From the NCBI GenBank assembly GCA_964637095.1, contig CAZWTW010000006.1:2074-66073 (forward strand): a stretch of 64,000 nt of DNA, read 5' to 3'. The stretch comes from an uncultured Gulosibacter sp. (lineage in GTDB: Bacteria > Actinomycetota > Actinomycetes > Actinomycetales > Microbacteriaceae). Below the pieces are notes generated by a model that saw only the letters and a program-made list of their open reading frames with translations, searched no databases and had not been told where the DNA came from. Made by a program: the position numbers and the translations under genes. Numbering within the stretch: position 1 is the first letter of the stretch; every line of letters begins with the position of its first letter. Of the stretch, positions 21,201-30,446 are shown in pieces.

Positions 21201-22288
21201 CAACCCCGATGCGCCGCGCGCTGATTGACAGTGATGCGATTTCGGCGAACGTCGAATTGTTGAGGACCCTGGCCCCCGCGGATCACACGCTCGTCGTCGT
21301 CAAGGCAAACGGTTACGGACACGGAGCAGCCACTGCTGCCCGTGCCGCCATCGATGGCGGAGCTGACTGGCTCGGTGTGGCCGATGTCACCGAAGCGCTG
21401 GAGCTTCGCGCGGCCGGTATTTCGGCACCTGTGTTGGCGTGGCTTCATTCGCCGGACGAGGATTTTCGCGCCGCGACGGAAGCGGGCATCTCGATTGGCG
21501 CATCGACGCTTGCGCACCTTGACGCTCTCGCGATGTGCGACACCCCATCAGTCCACCTCAAGGTCGACACGGGCCTTGGCCGAAATGGTTCGGGTCGAGA
21601 CGACACCCCCGGGTTCATTGAACGCGCGGCCGAGTTGCACCACGCTGGACAAATCCGCGTCGAGGGGCTGATGTCTCACTGTTCTGGAGCAAGCCGCGAG
21701 GCTGACACGTCACAGGCTGAGGAATTCGAGTCCGTCCTCGCTGATCTCCGTGGCCGCGGGGTCGACCCCGAATTCCGTCACCTTGCGGCGACTGCGGCCG
21801 CAATCGACCACCCATCCCTGCGGTACTCGATGGTGCGATTCGGAATCGCAGCGTATGGGCTTGCGCCAGCCGACCACCTTCGATTCATTGGTGTTCGACC
21901 CGCCATGCGGCTCGAATCCAACGTCATCCTCACGAAGCACCTTCGCGCCGGCGATGGCGTCTCGTACAACCACTTGTGGCGTGCCGACGAGGGCACAACC
22001 GTCGCGCTCGTCCCGCTCGGGTATGCGGACGGTGTGCCCCGATCCGCGACGGGCCGTGCGTTCGTTGCCATCAACGGTGAACGTTTCCCTATCGTCGGGC
22101 GCATCGCGATGGACCAGGTCGTCGTCAATGTCGGTGAGGCACGCGTCAACGTTGGTGATGTCGTCTCGGTCTGGGGTGACACCTCTGACGGAACCCCACA
22201 CCCGGACGAATGGGCTGACTGGGCCGACACGATCGGCTACGAGATTGTCACGCGCCTCGGACACCGTGTCGTGAGGACCCCTGCCTGA
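21197..22288 (+). CDS. alr: Alanine racemase
   Basis: VVKANGYGHG (PLP Lys), HLKVDTG, VSY, GYADG, GRIAMDQ, TIGYE. Confidence 0.97.
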   Translation: MTTPMRRALIDSDAISANVELLRTLAPADHTLVVVKANGYGHGAATAARAAIDGGADWLGVADVTEALELRAAGISAPVLAWLHSPDEDFRAATEAGISIGASTLAHLDALAMCDTPSVHLKVDTGLGRNGSGRDDTPGFIERAAELHHAGQIRVEGLMSHCSGASREADTSQAEEFESVLADLRGRGVDPEFRHLAATAAAIDHPSLRYSMVRFGIAAYGLAPADHLRFIGVRPAMRLESNVILTKHLRAGDGVSYNHLWRADEGTTVALVPLGYADGVPRSATGRAFVAINGERFPIVGRIAMDQVVVNVGEARVNVGDVVSVWGDTSDGTPHPDEWADWADTIGYEIVTRLGHRVVRTPA

Positions 22289-22752
22289 TGTTCACCATCG
22301 CCACAGCCGATGAGATGGACCGATTGGGTCGAACCGTTGCGCGGCACCTGCGTGCCGGTGACGTCGTGTGCCTGACGGGCGAACTGGGAGCGGGCAAGAC
22401 CACGCTGACACGCGGACTGGGGGCGGAACTCGCCGTTCGCGGAACCGTCACGAGCCCGACGTTCGTTTTGGCGCGCACGCACCCGCGAGCCGACGGAGTT
22501 CCCCTCGTTCACGTCGACGCGTATCGCCTGAGCAACGCGGTCGAACTCGAAGACCTCGACCTCGACTGGGAGAACTCGATCACTGTCGTCGAGTGGGGAC
22601 GGGAGATGCTCGACACCATCGTCGACGAATGGCTTGAGGTGGTCATCGACCGATCGCACTCCGCGGAGGACGAGACGCGCACGGTGGCATTGCACGCGCA
22701 CGGACCGCGCGGAAACGAGCTGGCTGACCAGATCGGCCGGTCGTGGGAATGA
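22288..22752 (+). CDS. tsaE: t6A biosynthesis ATPase TsaE
   Basis: GELGAGKTT, VTSPTF, HVDAYRL, VVEWG. Confidence 0.96.
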   Translation: MFTIATADEMDRLGRTVARHLRAGDVVCLTGELGAGKTTLTRGLGAELAVRGTVTSPTFVLARTHPRADGVPLVHVDAYRLSNAVELEDLDLDWENSITVVEWGREMLDTIVDEWLEVVIDRSHSAEDETRTVALHAHGPRGNELADQIGRSWE

Positions 22753-23336
22753 ATCTTCTAGTCATCGACACGTCCACCGGGACCAGCGTTGCCATTGTCA
22801 ACCATGACACTGTCCTCGCTGAACGAACCGTCGTGGAAACGCGCAGCCACGCAGAGGTCGTCGGCAGGCTTCTGACCGAAGTAATTGCCGAGGTCGACGG
22901 TGGGATTGACGGAGTCGTCGCGGGACTTGGGCCAGGCCCCTTCACTGGTCTTCGCGTCGGTATCGCCGCGGCAATTGCTTTCGGAAATGCCCGCGCACTT
23001 CCGGTCTACGGCGTGCCGAGCCACGACGTCGGGCTTCTGTCAGACGACCTCGTCACCATCGTGACCGATGCCCGCCGCAAGGAGTTGGCGTGGACGAGTT
23101 ACGCGAATGGCCACGTCGTGGATGGACCGTCGCTTGTCCCCATCGCTGAGCTTGATTCTTTGCCCGCGCTGGGAACGCATCCCGCACGTCACATCGAGTC
23201 GATCTCGGCGGGCGAGTTGGGCCGAGCGGCGGCAATGCGAATTCAACGCGGAGACAATCTGTCCGACCTCACTCCGCTGTATCTTCGTGCACCTGACGCG
23301 ACCCCCAGCAACGGACCGAAGCGGGTGAGTCAGTGA
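22749..23336 (+). CDS. tsaB: t6A biosynthesis protein TsaB
   Basis: LVIDTST, HAE, GPGPFTGLRVG, DARRKE, PLYLR; ATG 22749 overlaps the tsaE stop. Confidence 0.95.
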   Translation: MNLLVIDTSTGTSVAIVNHDTVLAERTVVETRSHAEVVGRLLTEVIAEVDGGIDGVVAGLGPGPFTGLRVGIAAAIAFGNARALPVYGVPSHDVGLLSDDLVTIVTDARRKELAWTSYANGHVVDGPSLVPIAELDSLPALGTHPARHIESISAGELGRAAAMRIQRGDNLSDLTPLYLRAPDATPSNGPKRVSQ

Positions 23337-23779
23337 TTACCCGCGCTGCGACCCTGGACGACGTCACCGAGGTGCTCGCCCTTGAGCGGGCGATCTTCCC
23401 CGAAGACGCCTGGTCGGCAGAGATGCTGGCGGAAGGCTTCGCCAGTGCTTACGGTCACTACGTCGTTGTCGAGCAGGACGGAGCCATCATCGCCTACGCG
23501 GGTGCGTATCACCTTCCCGGTGACGACGTCGCTGACATCCACACAATCGCGGTGACCGCAGGCGCTCGCGGAAACGGACTCGGCGCAGAGTTGTTCGACG
23601 ATCTGGTCGCGTGGTGCACGGCAGATGGTGCAGCGCGGGTATTGCTGGAGGTCCGAGCCGACAACCTCGTAGCGCAAAACCTCTATCAATCGCGAGGATT
23701 CCAGACAATTGCTGTTCGCCCCGCGTATTACCAACCGGCAGGCATCGATGCCCTCGTGATGGAAAAGGCGGTGGCGTGA
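23333..23779 (+). CDS. rimI: Ribosomal protein S18-alanine N-acetyltransferase (GNAT)
   Basis: DAWS, TIAV...[19 protein letters not shown]...GF, R..YYQ, DALVM; located in tsa cluster. Confidence 0.93.
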   Translation: MITRAATLDDVTEVLALERAIFPEDAWSAEMLAEGFASAYGHYVVVEQDGAIIAYAGAYHLPGDDVADIHTIAVTAGARGNGLGAELFDDLVAWCTADGAARVLLEVRADNLVAQNLYQSRGFQTIAVRPAYYQPAGIDALVMEKAVA

Positions 23780-24816
23780 TGCGTGAGCCACTTGTTCTCG
23801 GAATCGAATCGAGTTGCGACGAAACCGGTGTTGGAATTGTGCGTGGCCGAACCCTGCTCGCCAACGTCATTGCGTCGAGCATGGATGCGCACGCCGTTTT
23901 CGGTGGTGTCGTACCCGAGATTGCGGCGCGCGCCCACCTCGAGGCGTTGCGGGGGACTCTCGACGAAGCGATGGCCACTGCGGGAGTGACCTATGCGGAC
24001 ATCGACGCAATTGTCGTTGCCACCGGGCCGGGGCTCGCGGGTGCACTCATGGTTGGCGTCGGTGCTGCCAAGGCGCTCGCCGTCTCGCTCGGCGTCCCCA
24101 TCTACGGTGTGAACCATCTGGTCGGTCACGTCGGCGCTGACCGTCTGCGCGAAGACGGCGGCGAGATCGAGCTGCCCACCATCGCGCTGCTCGTCAGCGG
24201 TGGACACACCTCGCTGTTGCTCGTCCGTGACCTGGTGACGGACGTACACCTTCTTGGCGAGACGATTGATGACGCAGCCGGTGAGGCGTTCGACAAGGTC
24301 GCGCGGTTGCTCTCACTTCCCTATCCAGGCGGTCCTCACATCGATCGGGTCGCAGCAGAGGGCGACCCCGCCGCCATCCGATTCCCGCGTGGCCTGACCC
24401 TGCCCAAGGACATGGACAAGCACCGTTACGACTTTTCGTTCTCGGGGCTCAAGACCGCCGTCGCGCGTCACGTCGAAACGCACGGGACCGAACAACTGGC
24501 CGACATCGCCGCCAGTTTCCGCGAAGCGGTCGCCGACGTTCTGACGCGAAAAGCCGTCGACGCATGCGTCGAGCACAACGTTCCCCGTCTGCTGTTGGGC
24601 GGGGGAGTCGCCGCGAACGCGCGGATTCGAGAACTCGCGGCCGAGCGTTGCGCCGAACACGGAATCGAACTTCGGGTTCCCCCGTTGTCGCTGTGCACAG
24701 ACAACGGCGCGATGATTGCGGCTCTCGGTGCACACCTCGTCGAACGTGGGGTCACTCCCTCCGACATCGATTTCGCGGTGGACTCGACCCTGCCAGTCGA
24801 AACCGTTTCGGTTTAG
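23779..24816 (+). CDS. tsaD: t6A threonylcarbamoyltransferase TsaD
   Basis: [61 protein letters not shown]; start reset to 23779. Confidence 0.98.
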   Translation: MREPLVLGIESSCDETGVGIVRGRTLLANVIASSMDAHAVFGGVVPEIAARAHLEALRGTLDEAMATAGVTYADIDAIVVATGPGLAGALMVGVGAAKALAVSLGVPIYGVNHLVGHVGADRLREDGGEIELPTIALLVSGGHTSLLLVRDLVTDVHLLGETIDDAAGEAFDKVARLLSLPYPGGPHIDRVAAEGDPAAIRFPRGLTLPKDMDKHRYDFSFSGLKTAVARHVETHGTEQLADIAASFREAVADVLTRKAVDACVEHNVPRLLLGGGVAANARIRELAAERCAEHGIELRVPPLSLCTDNGAMIAALGAHLVERGVTPSDIDFAVDSTLPVETVSV

Positions 24817-25988
24817 ACGCGGTCAGCCAGAATCGCGACGCGGCCGTTCGGTCCGCGCGTGAGGATGAGAGTCGCCGACAGCTTTCCCGCTAACTTCAAT
24901 TTGGTGCGGAATTCGGCCGGGTCCACGTCAACTCCGCGCTTCTTGATTTCGAGAGTGCCGATGCCGAGTTCGCGCATTCGGCCTGCAATTGCTCGTTGGT
25001 CGAGAGGAAGCACTTCGCGCACTCGGAACAGTTGGGCGAACGGAATCCGCTCGCCCGTGTTGTTGGACAGGTAGGCGATTTGATCGGCGATGAGTGTCGC
25101 ACCAAGTTCCGTCGCGAGTTTCCCCAGCAGTTGCGCCCGCAATACGGATCCACACGGGTCGTACAGGTATTCGCCGATTTCGCCCAGCGAGACGTCGGTA
25201 TCGGGCTGGCTCGAGACCATCTCGTGGCTTTCGCCATCACCCAAAACCAGCGCACTTCGACGAATGCCGGGCCGAGCGAGTTTGCCTGTCCAGACGATGC
25301 ACTCCACCGTGTCACCGCGATCATCAATCCACTGGCATTCCGCATCCTCGGGCAAGATTCCCTGGTCGACCGCGGGAGACAGTTTGATTCCGGTCGGCTT
25401 GGTTGCGGCCACGTCAAAAACCCAGGACAGACTGGGCGACCAGTCCGCGGGGTTGGACAGGCGCTTGGACGACGATCGGCGTGCAGGGTCGAACCACAGT
25501 GCATCGAAATCGGACAGGTCGACCGACTCGGCATCACCATGGATCACGTCAGCGTTGTCGAACGGGGCGAGGTTGTAGGTGGCGATAGCGGCAGTGACCT
25601 CGTCGCGGTCAACCGCGGTGACGCGAACGCCAAGCCCAGCGAGTGCGAGAGCGTCCCCGCCGATGCCGCAGCCCAAATCCGCAACGTGTGCGAACCCGGC
25701 GTCTCGGAAACGTGCAGCGTGCCGTGCAGCGACCGAAAGACGCGTCGCTTGCTGGAGACCGTCCTCGGTGAAAAACATTCGCCCGGCGAATTCGCCAAAC
25801 TTCCCGGCGGCCTTGGTGCGAAGTCGCTGTTGCAACAGCACGACACTCGTCATCTCGGCCGAAAGCCCGCGCTTGCGCAAACGCGAAACGTTCTGGACGA
25901 CGTTCGCTTTGGACTCGATCGGGGGCAGGGTCGCGAGAACGTCAACCGCCTCGGGCGTGAAGAGCAGTTCGACGTCGGCGCGGTTCAC
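24813..25988 (-). CDS. Class I SAM-dependent methyltransferase with THUMP-like C-terminal region
   Basis: [18 protein letters not shown] (motif I), FDPARR, KLSP, LEIKKRG. Confidence 0.85.
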   Translation of the reverse strand: MNRADVELLFTPEAVDVLATLPPIESKANVVQNVSRLRKRGLSAEMTSVVLLQQRLRTKAAGKFGEFAGRMFFTEDGLQQATRLSVAARHAARFRDAGFAHVADLGCGIGGDALALAGLGVRVTAVDRDEVTAAIATYNLAPFDNADVIHGDAESVDLSDFDALWFDPARRSSSKRLSNPADWSPSLSWVFDVAATKPTGIKLSPAVDQGILPEDAECQWIDDRGDTVECIVWTGKLARPGIRRSALVLGDGESHEMVSSQPDTDVSLGEIGEYLYDPCGSVLRAQLLGKLATELGATLIADQIAYLSNNTGERIPFAQLFRVREVLPLDQRAIAGRMRELGIGTLEIKKRGVDVDPAEFRTKLKLAGKLSATLILTRGPNGRVAILADRV

Positions 25989-26009
25989 ATCCTCATTGTC
26001 CCAAAGTTT

Positions 26010-26357
26010 CTAGGCCGTCGCGGTGTTAATCTGCTGCGCAAGAGGTTCAGCGTCATGAACGCCAATCACGAGACGCTCCCAGCGTTGATTGGTGAGCGAA
26101 ATCACGATGAGGTGAGGCTCGTTCCGCCACACGACGTAGTCCTTGAACTTCCACTTGCGAAATGTTCCGATGAGGGCGCGACGCGGCCACGCGAGGCCGG
26201 GCGCACGCATCCCAATGTCCCTGAGTATGCCGTCGTCGTGGGTAGCGCCCCGCACGTCGGACAGAGGAATCTCAAGATTTGGCAGCAACCCACCAAATCG
26301 TTCGAATCTCGTGAGCGTGACGTCCAAGGTCGTCGGCGTGAGGCGGATCGTTGCCAT
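26010..26357 (-). CDS. Small hypothetical protein (PH-domain-like beta fold suspected)
   Basis: 115 aa, SD GGAAGGA, 2 nt after TetR stop; IPLSDVRG, GMRAPG...GTFR, RLVIGVHD pattern. Confidence 0.75.
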   Translation of the reverse strand: MATIRLTPTTLDVTLTRFERFGGLLPNLEIPLSDVRGATHDDGILRDIGMRAPGLAWPRRALIGTFRKWKFKDYVVWRNEPHLIVISLTNQRWERLVIGVHDAEPLAQQINTATA

Positions 26358-26359
26358 GG

Positions 26360-26728
26360 CTATTCCTTCCGAGACAGGTGTTCGATGAGAGCCGCGCCGA
26401 GCTTCTGCGCTGGGTTGTCTCCCAAAAGTGCGAGGTGCGCGCCGCAGTATTCGGCAATTCGCGGGTCGGCGGATCCAACGTCCTTGAGTGCGACGATCAG
26501 GAAAGCCATCGATTCGGGTGACGTGGCAATGCCGTCGTCAAGTATCGACTGGGCACACGCACGAAAGAGTCCCATCTTGGAGCCGAATGCCCCATACAGG
26601 CTTCCCCGGAGCATCCCGGTGCTGCTGGTGAGTTCGTCAATGCTTGTGCCGATGTATCCGCATTGTGCGAAGAGTGCTCGCGATGCGGCGACTGCGTCAG
26701 CCTCGTCGAATTTTCGCGTTCGTCCCAT
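26360..26728 (-). CDS. TetR/AcrR-family transcriptional regulator (short, 122 aa)
   Basis: MGRTRKFD...LF...GY.GTSIDEL...GM.RGSLYGAFGSK HTH; start reset to ATG 26728. Confidence 0.9.
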   Translation of the reverse strand: MGRTRKFDEADAVAASRALFAQCGYIGTSIDELTSSTGMLRGSLYGAFGSKMGLFRACAQSILDDGIATSPESMAFLIVALKDVGSADPRIAEYCGAHLALLGDNPAQKLGAALIEHLSRKE

Positions 26729-26744
26729 GGGGCAATGGTAGCCG

Positions 26745-26766
26745 TTATTGAATGAACAGTCAATAA
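26745..26766. promoter_or_regulatory. Palindromic operator, likely TetR autoregulatory site
   Basis: TTATTGAATG-AA-CAGTCAATAA (9/10 inverted repeat) just upstream of the TetR -10 (TACCAT, minus strand 26740-26735). Confidence 0.7.
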
Positions 26767-26772
26767 ACAATG

Positions 26773-26799
26773 CTGGCACTCACTTTGCGAGAGTGCTAA
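26773..26799 (+). promoter_or_regulatory. CIRCE element (HrcA operator) upstream of groES
   Basis: CTGGCACTC-N9-GAGTGCTAA versus consensus TTAGCACTC-N9-GAGTGCTAA. Confidence 0.92.
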
Positions 26800-26867
26800 C
26801 TCTCGCGATACACTGGAACTCGCACACTGTGTGCGTAACTGTAGCCCTACGAAGGAAGAGGTCAACC

Positions 26868-27164
26868 GTGTCGGTCGCAATCAAGCCGCTCGAAGATCGC
26901 ATTGTCATCCAGCAGCTCGCTGCGGAACAGGTCACCACGTCGGGAATCATCATCCCCGACTCGGCCAAGGAAAAGCCCCAGGAGGGCACCGTCGTCTCCG
27001 TCGGCCCCGGCCGCATCGATGACAACGGAAACCGCGTCCCGCTCGATGTCGCAATTGGTGACGTCGTCCTGTACTCGCGTTACGGCGGCACCGAAGTCAA
27101 GTACGACGGTGTCGAATACCTCGTGCTCTCGGCTCGCGACATTCTCGCGATCGTTCAGCGCTAA
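26868..27164 (+). CDS. groES: Co-chaperonin GroES
   Basis: [39 protein letters not shown]; GTG start after AAGAGG. Confidence 0.98.
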   Translation: MSVAIKPLEDRIVIQQLAAEQVTTSGIIIPDSAKEKPQEGTVVSVGPGRIDDNGNRVPLDVAIGDVVLYSRYGGTEVKYDGVEYLVLSARDILAIVQR

Positions 27165-27172
27165 CCAACATT

Positions 27173-27214
27173 CAACGACGAAGGCCTCCGCTCACGCGGG
27201 GGCCTTCGTCGTTG
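27173..27214 (+). terminator. Terminator-like hairpin after groES
   Basis: CAACGACGAAGGCCTCCGC-TCAC-GCGGGGGCCTTCGTCGTTG, 19-bp stem. Confidence 0.8.
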
Positions 27215-27232
27215 GCGAGTAATGTGAAGCGC

Positions 27233-28126
27233 GTGAGTAAGTCGACGCGGACGAGCGGTGTTGTTGCGGGATTGAGTTCCTATTTCCTGTGGGGATTTCT
27301 TCCGCTGTACTTCCTCCTCACGGGAACCGCCAACGCCTGGGAAATCGTCGCCTGGCGAATCGTCTGGTCTCTCGTGTTCTGTTTCGGCATTCTCGCCGTC
27401 ACTCGGCAATTTGGGTCAACGTTTGTCTTGCTGCGCGACCGCCGACTCGTCGTGCTCACGGTGCTCGCCGGGATTCTCATCTATCTGAACTGGCAGTTCT
27501 ACATTCTCGCCGTGATGACCGGGCACATCGTCGAAGGTTCCCTCGGGTACTTCATCAACCCACTCGTGACAATCCTGCTCGGCGTTATGGTGCTGGGCGA
27601 GAGGCTGCGACCGGGTCAATGGATTGCCCTCGCGTTCGCCGCAACCGCCGTCATCGTTCTGATCGTCGGATACGGCGAGGTGCCCTGGTTCAGTCTCATC
27701 CTTGCGGGTTCATTCGGGCTGTACGGGCTCGTCAAGAACCGACTTGGCGGGACAATCAACGCGACGGGCAGCCTCACATTCGAAACTCTGTGGTTGGTTC
27801 CCGTCGCCGCCGTCATCCTCGTCATCAACTGGCCGACGGTCCAGTTCGGCCACGGCGACCCGCTCACCACGGCTTTGCTGATGGGTCTTGGGCCGGTGAC
27901 GGCGATTCCACTTCTGCTCTTTGGCTACGCGGCGTCCAAAGTTCCGCTCGCGTGGATGGGTTTCATGCAGTACGTCGCGCCAACACTGCAGTTCATCGTC
28001 GGCGTCGCCATCATGCACGAGCCGATGCCGCTTCCACGGCTCATCGGGTTCGCTCTCGTCTGGACGGGATTGATCTTCCTGTCCTACGACTCTTTGCGTC
28101 ACGCTCGGTCAGTTCGCCACAGTTAA
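27233..28126 (+). CDS. rarD: EamA/DMT-family transporter RarD
   Basis: YFLWGFLPLYF, EIVAWRIVWS, SLGYFINPL, GERL, TAIPLLLF, QYVAPTLQF; start chosen 7 nt after TAATGT. Confidence 0.92.
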   Translation: MSKSTRTSGVVAGLSSYFLWGFLPLYFLLTGTANAWEIVAWRIVWSLVFCFGILAVTRQFGSTFVLLRDRRLVVLTVLAGILIYLNWQFYILAVMTGHIVEGSLGYFINPLVTILLGVMVLGERLRPGQWIALAFAATAVIVLIVGYGEVPWFSLILAGSFGLYGLVKNRLGGTINATGSLTFETLWLVPVAAVILVINWPTVQFGHGDPLTTALLMGLGPVTAIPLLLFGYAASKVPLAWMGFMQYVAPTLQFIVGVAIMHEPMPLPRLIGFALVWTGLIFLSYDSLRHARSVRHS

Positions 28127-28268
28127 GCGCGGTCACGCCACAAACGAGTGTTTCAAAGCGTTACACGCTTGTAACCGTATTTTTCCCCGTTTAGAGCCCG
28201 TTGTCGGTAGCGTGAACTCTAGTGACGGATCAATCCGATTCGTTGCTCATGGAAAAACAAGGAGAATC

Positions 28269-29534
28269 ATGGGCGCATTCACGAAGGCTTCGGCCTCGCG
28301 TAAGGCCGCAACTGTTCTCGGCAGCTTCGCTCTGCTCGCAACCTCGGCACTCGTGCTCGGTGGTTGTGCAGCTGGCGGAACTGGCGGACCGGTAGGCGAC
28401 CTGACCCTCAAGCTCGGTACGGCTCTGCCGCAGACCGGAAACCTCGCATTCCTCGGACCCCCCGAAGAAGCTGGTGTAGCGCTTGCTGTCAAGGATGTCA
28501 ACGACGCTGCTAAGGGCGTCACCATCGAGGTCACCTGGTGTGACTCGGGTGACACCGACAACAAGGCATACGATACCGAAGTTCCGCGTCTTCTCGACGC
28601 TGGCGTTTCGGCCATCCTCGGTGCTGCATCGTCGGGTACCTCGCTTCAGTTCATCGACCAGGTCACTGGCGCTGGAGTCATCCAGTTCTCGCCGGCGAAC
28701 ACTTCGGCTGAGCTCACCACCTACGACGACAAGGGACTGTACTTCCGTACCGCTCCTTCGGACGTCCTCCAGGGTGAGGTTCTCGGTAACCTCATCGCCG
28801 CTGACGGACACGAGACCCTCGGCATGATCGTCCTCAACGACGCGTACGGCACCGGCCTCGCGCAGTTCGTGAGCGACGCATTCACCGCTGCTGGTGGAAC
28901 CGTTGTCGCACAGCCGACCTACAACACGGGTGACACCAACTTCACCTCGCAGATCGCAGAAGTTACCGCTGCTGACCCCGACGCAATCATCCTCATCACC
29001 TTCGAAGAGGTTAAGACGATTGCTCCGGAGCTCATCGGTGGCGGCTTCGCCGCAGAGAACGTCTACTTCGTTGACGGTAACCTCTCGAACTACTCGGAAG
29101 ACTTCGCAGCAGGTCTCCTCGAAGGTGCAAAGGGAACGGTCCCCGGACTCGACCTCAACACCATCAAGGACTTCACGGCCCGCATGAACGACAACTGGGT
29201 TGCCGAAGGTAACGCCGACCTCGCAGATGTCTTCGCATACGGCCCTGAGGCCTACGACGCCGTCATCCTCCTCGCGCTCGCTTCGCTCGAAGCCGGCTCG
29301 GTTGAGGGTGTCGACATCGCCGCGAAGCTCCAGGAGGTTTCGGGTGGCGTTGACGGTGGCACCAAGTGCACCACGTTCGCAGAATGTGCCGACATCATCA
29401 TTGGTGGCGGACAGGCTGACTACGACGGTGTCTCGGGCCCCATCACCTTCAACGAGGTTGGAGACCCCACCGAAGCGTCGATTGGTATCTACCAGTACGG
29501 TGCAGACAACATTGCCGTTCCCTACTACGGGTAA
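28269..29534 (+). CDS. Branched-chain amino acid ABC transporter substrate-binding lipoprotein (LivJ/K family)
   Basis: Lipobox LGGC, LPQTG.LA.LG, GAASSG, YFRTAPSD..QG, NDAYG, YDGVSGPITF; SD AAGGAG. Confidence 0.92.
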   Translation: MGAFTKASASRKAATVLGSFALLATSALVLGGCAAGGTGGPVGDLTLKLGTALPQTGNLAFLGPPEEAGVALAVKDVNDAAKGVTIEVTWCDSGDTDNKAYDTEVPRLLDAGVSAILGAASSGTSLQFIDQVTGAGVIQFSPANTSAELTTYDDKGLYFRTAPSDVLQGEVLGNLIAADGHETLGMIVLNDAYGTGLAQFVSDAFTAAGGTVVAQPTYNTGDTNFTSQIAEVTAADPDAIILITFEEVKTIAPELIGGGFAAENVYFVDGNLSNYSEDFAAGLLEGAKGTVPGLDLNTIKDFTARMNDNWVAEGNADLADVFAYGPEAYDAVILLALASLEAGSVEGVDIAAKLQEVSGGVDGGTKCTTFAECADIIIGGGQADYDGVSGPITFNEVGDPTEASIGIYQYGADNIAVPYYG

Positions 29535-29553
29535 CGACTAAAGAGTCGCAAGG

Positions 29554-29589
29554 AGAGGCCTCGGGGAAACCCGGGGCCTCTTCCCTTTT
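29554..29589 (+). terminator. Intrinsic terminator after the substrate-binding gene
   Basis: AGAGGCCTCGGG-GAAA-CCCGGGGCCTCT followed by TCCCTTTT. Confidence 0.8.
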
Positions 29590-29668
29590 GCCCACGTCCG
29601 CATGTCTCTTGGTCCCGCGCCATGTATGCAAGCAAATGCTTGGTGCTCACACGTTTCTGGCGCATGCG

Positions 29669-29698
29669 AAGAGCCCGCCCCCTGAGGGACGGGCTCTT
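29669..29698 (-). terminator. Terminator-like hairpin after the livF-like gene
   Basis: AAGAGCCCG...CGGGCTCTT inverted repeat 13 nt past the stop. Confidence 0.7.
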
Positions 29699-29711
29699 GA
29701 CGTTAAGCGGG

Positions 29712-30446
29712 TTACGCGCCGAGCGTACCGAGGTACAGCCCGATGACCTTGGGGTCGTTGAGCAGGTCGCGGCCGGTGCCCGTGTAGGCATCGGTTCCTT
29801 GGTCGAGAACGTATCCGCGGTCACAGATCTGGAGGCAACGACGAGCGTTCTGCTCGACCATGATGGTCGTGACGCCGGCCTTGTTGATCTCGGAGACGCG
29901 GATGAACGCTTCGTCCTGACGCGCGGGCGACAGACCAGCGCTGGGCTCATCGAGGAGGAGCACAGCGGGGTCCATCATGAGCGCACGGCTCATGGCGACC
30001 ATCTGACGCTCACCACCGGAGAGCGAGCCTGCGCGCTGCTTGAGGCGCTTGCCGAGCTCTGCGAAGATGCCTGTCACGAACTCGAGGCGCTCGTCAAAGC
30101 GCTTCGCGTCCTGGTACATACCCATCTGCAGGTTCTCTTCGATCGTGAGGCTGGGGAACACGTTGTTGTTCTGCGGGACGAATCCGACACCGCGTGCAAC
30201 GAGCTTGTTGGCCTTCAGACCGGTGATGTCCTGTCCGTTGAGTTCAATCGAACCGCCACGAACCTGGACGAGACCGAAGATCGCCTTGAGGAAAGTCGAC
30301 TTTCCGGCACCGTTCGGCCCGATGATTCCGACGAGTTCACCCTTGTTGGCGTAGAGGTTAGTCCCGTTGAGGATGTTGACTCCGGGGAGGTAGCCCGCGA
30401 CGAGGTCTTTTGCGACGACGACGGGAACTTCGGTGGACTGTGCCAT
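29712..30446 (-). CDS. livF: Branched-chain amino acid ABC transporter ATPase (LivF-like)
   Basis: GPNGAGKST, EENLQMG, AGSLSGGERQMVAM, LLLDEPSAGLSP, VEQNA. Confidence 0.9.
   Translation of the reverse strand: MAQSTEVPVVVAKDLVAGYLPGVNILNGTNLYANKGELVGIIGPNGAGKSTFLKAIFGLVQVRGGSIELNGQDITGLKANKLVARGVGFVPQNNNVFPSLTIEENLQMGMYQDAKRFDERLEFVTGIFAELGKRLKQRAGSLSGGERQMVAMSRALMMDPAVLLLDEPSAGLSPARQDEAFIRVSEINKAGVTTIMVEQNARRCLQICDRGYVLDQGTDAYTGTGRDLLNDPKVIGLYLGTLGA

Noticed and set aside
23611-23778. Apparent long overlap or fusion of rimI and tsaD
   Set aside because: Different frames; TsaD similarity starts at 23776/23779, giving an ordinary coupled overlap.
14752-29581. Similar hairpins AGGCC(C/T)CGGGGAAACC..GGGCCT after rplQ and after the liv binding-protein gene as a REP/MITE family
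   Set aside because: Only two copies, both directly after stop codons of probably highly expressed genes; simpler to read as terminators.
29590-29668. Possible small RNA between the two convergent liv terminators (CAAGCA/TGCTTG and GCGCCA/TGGCGC pairings)
   Set aside because: Short, interrupted pairings with no promoter or recognisable family.
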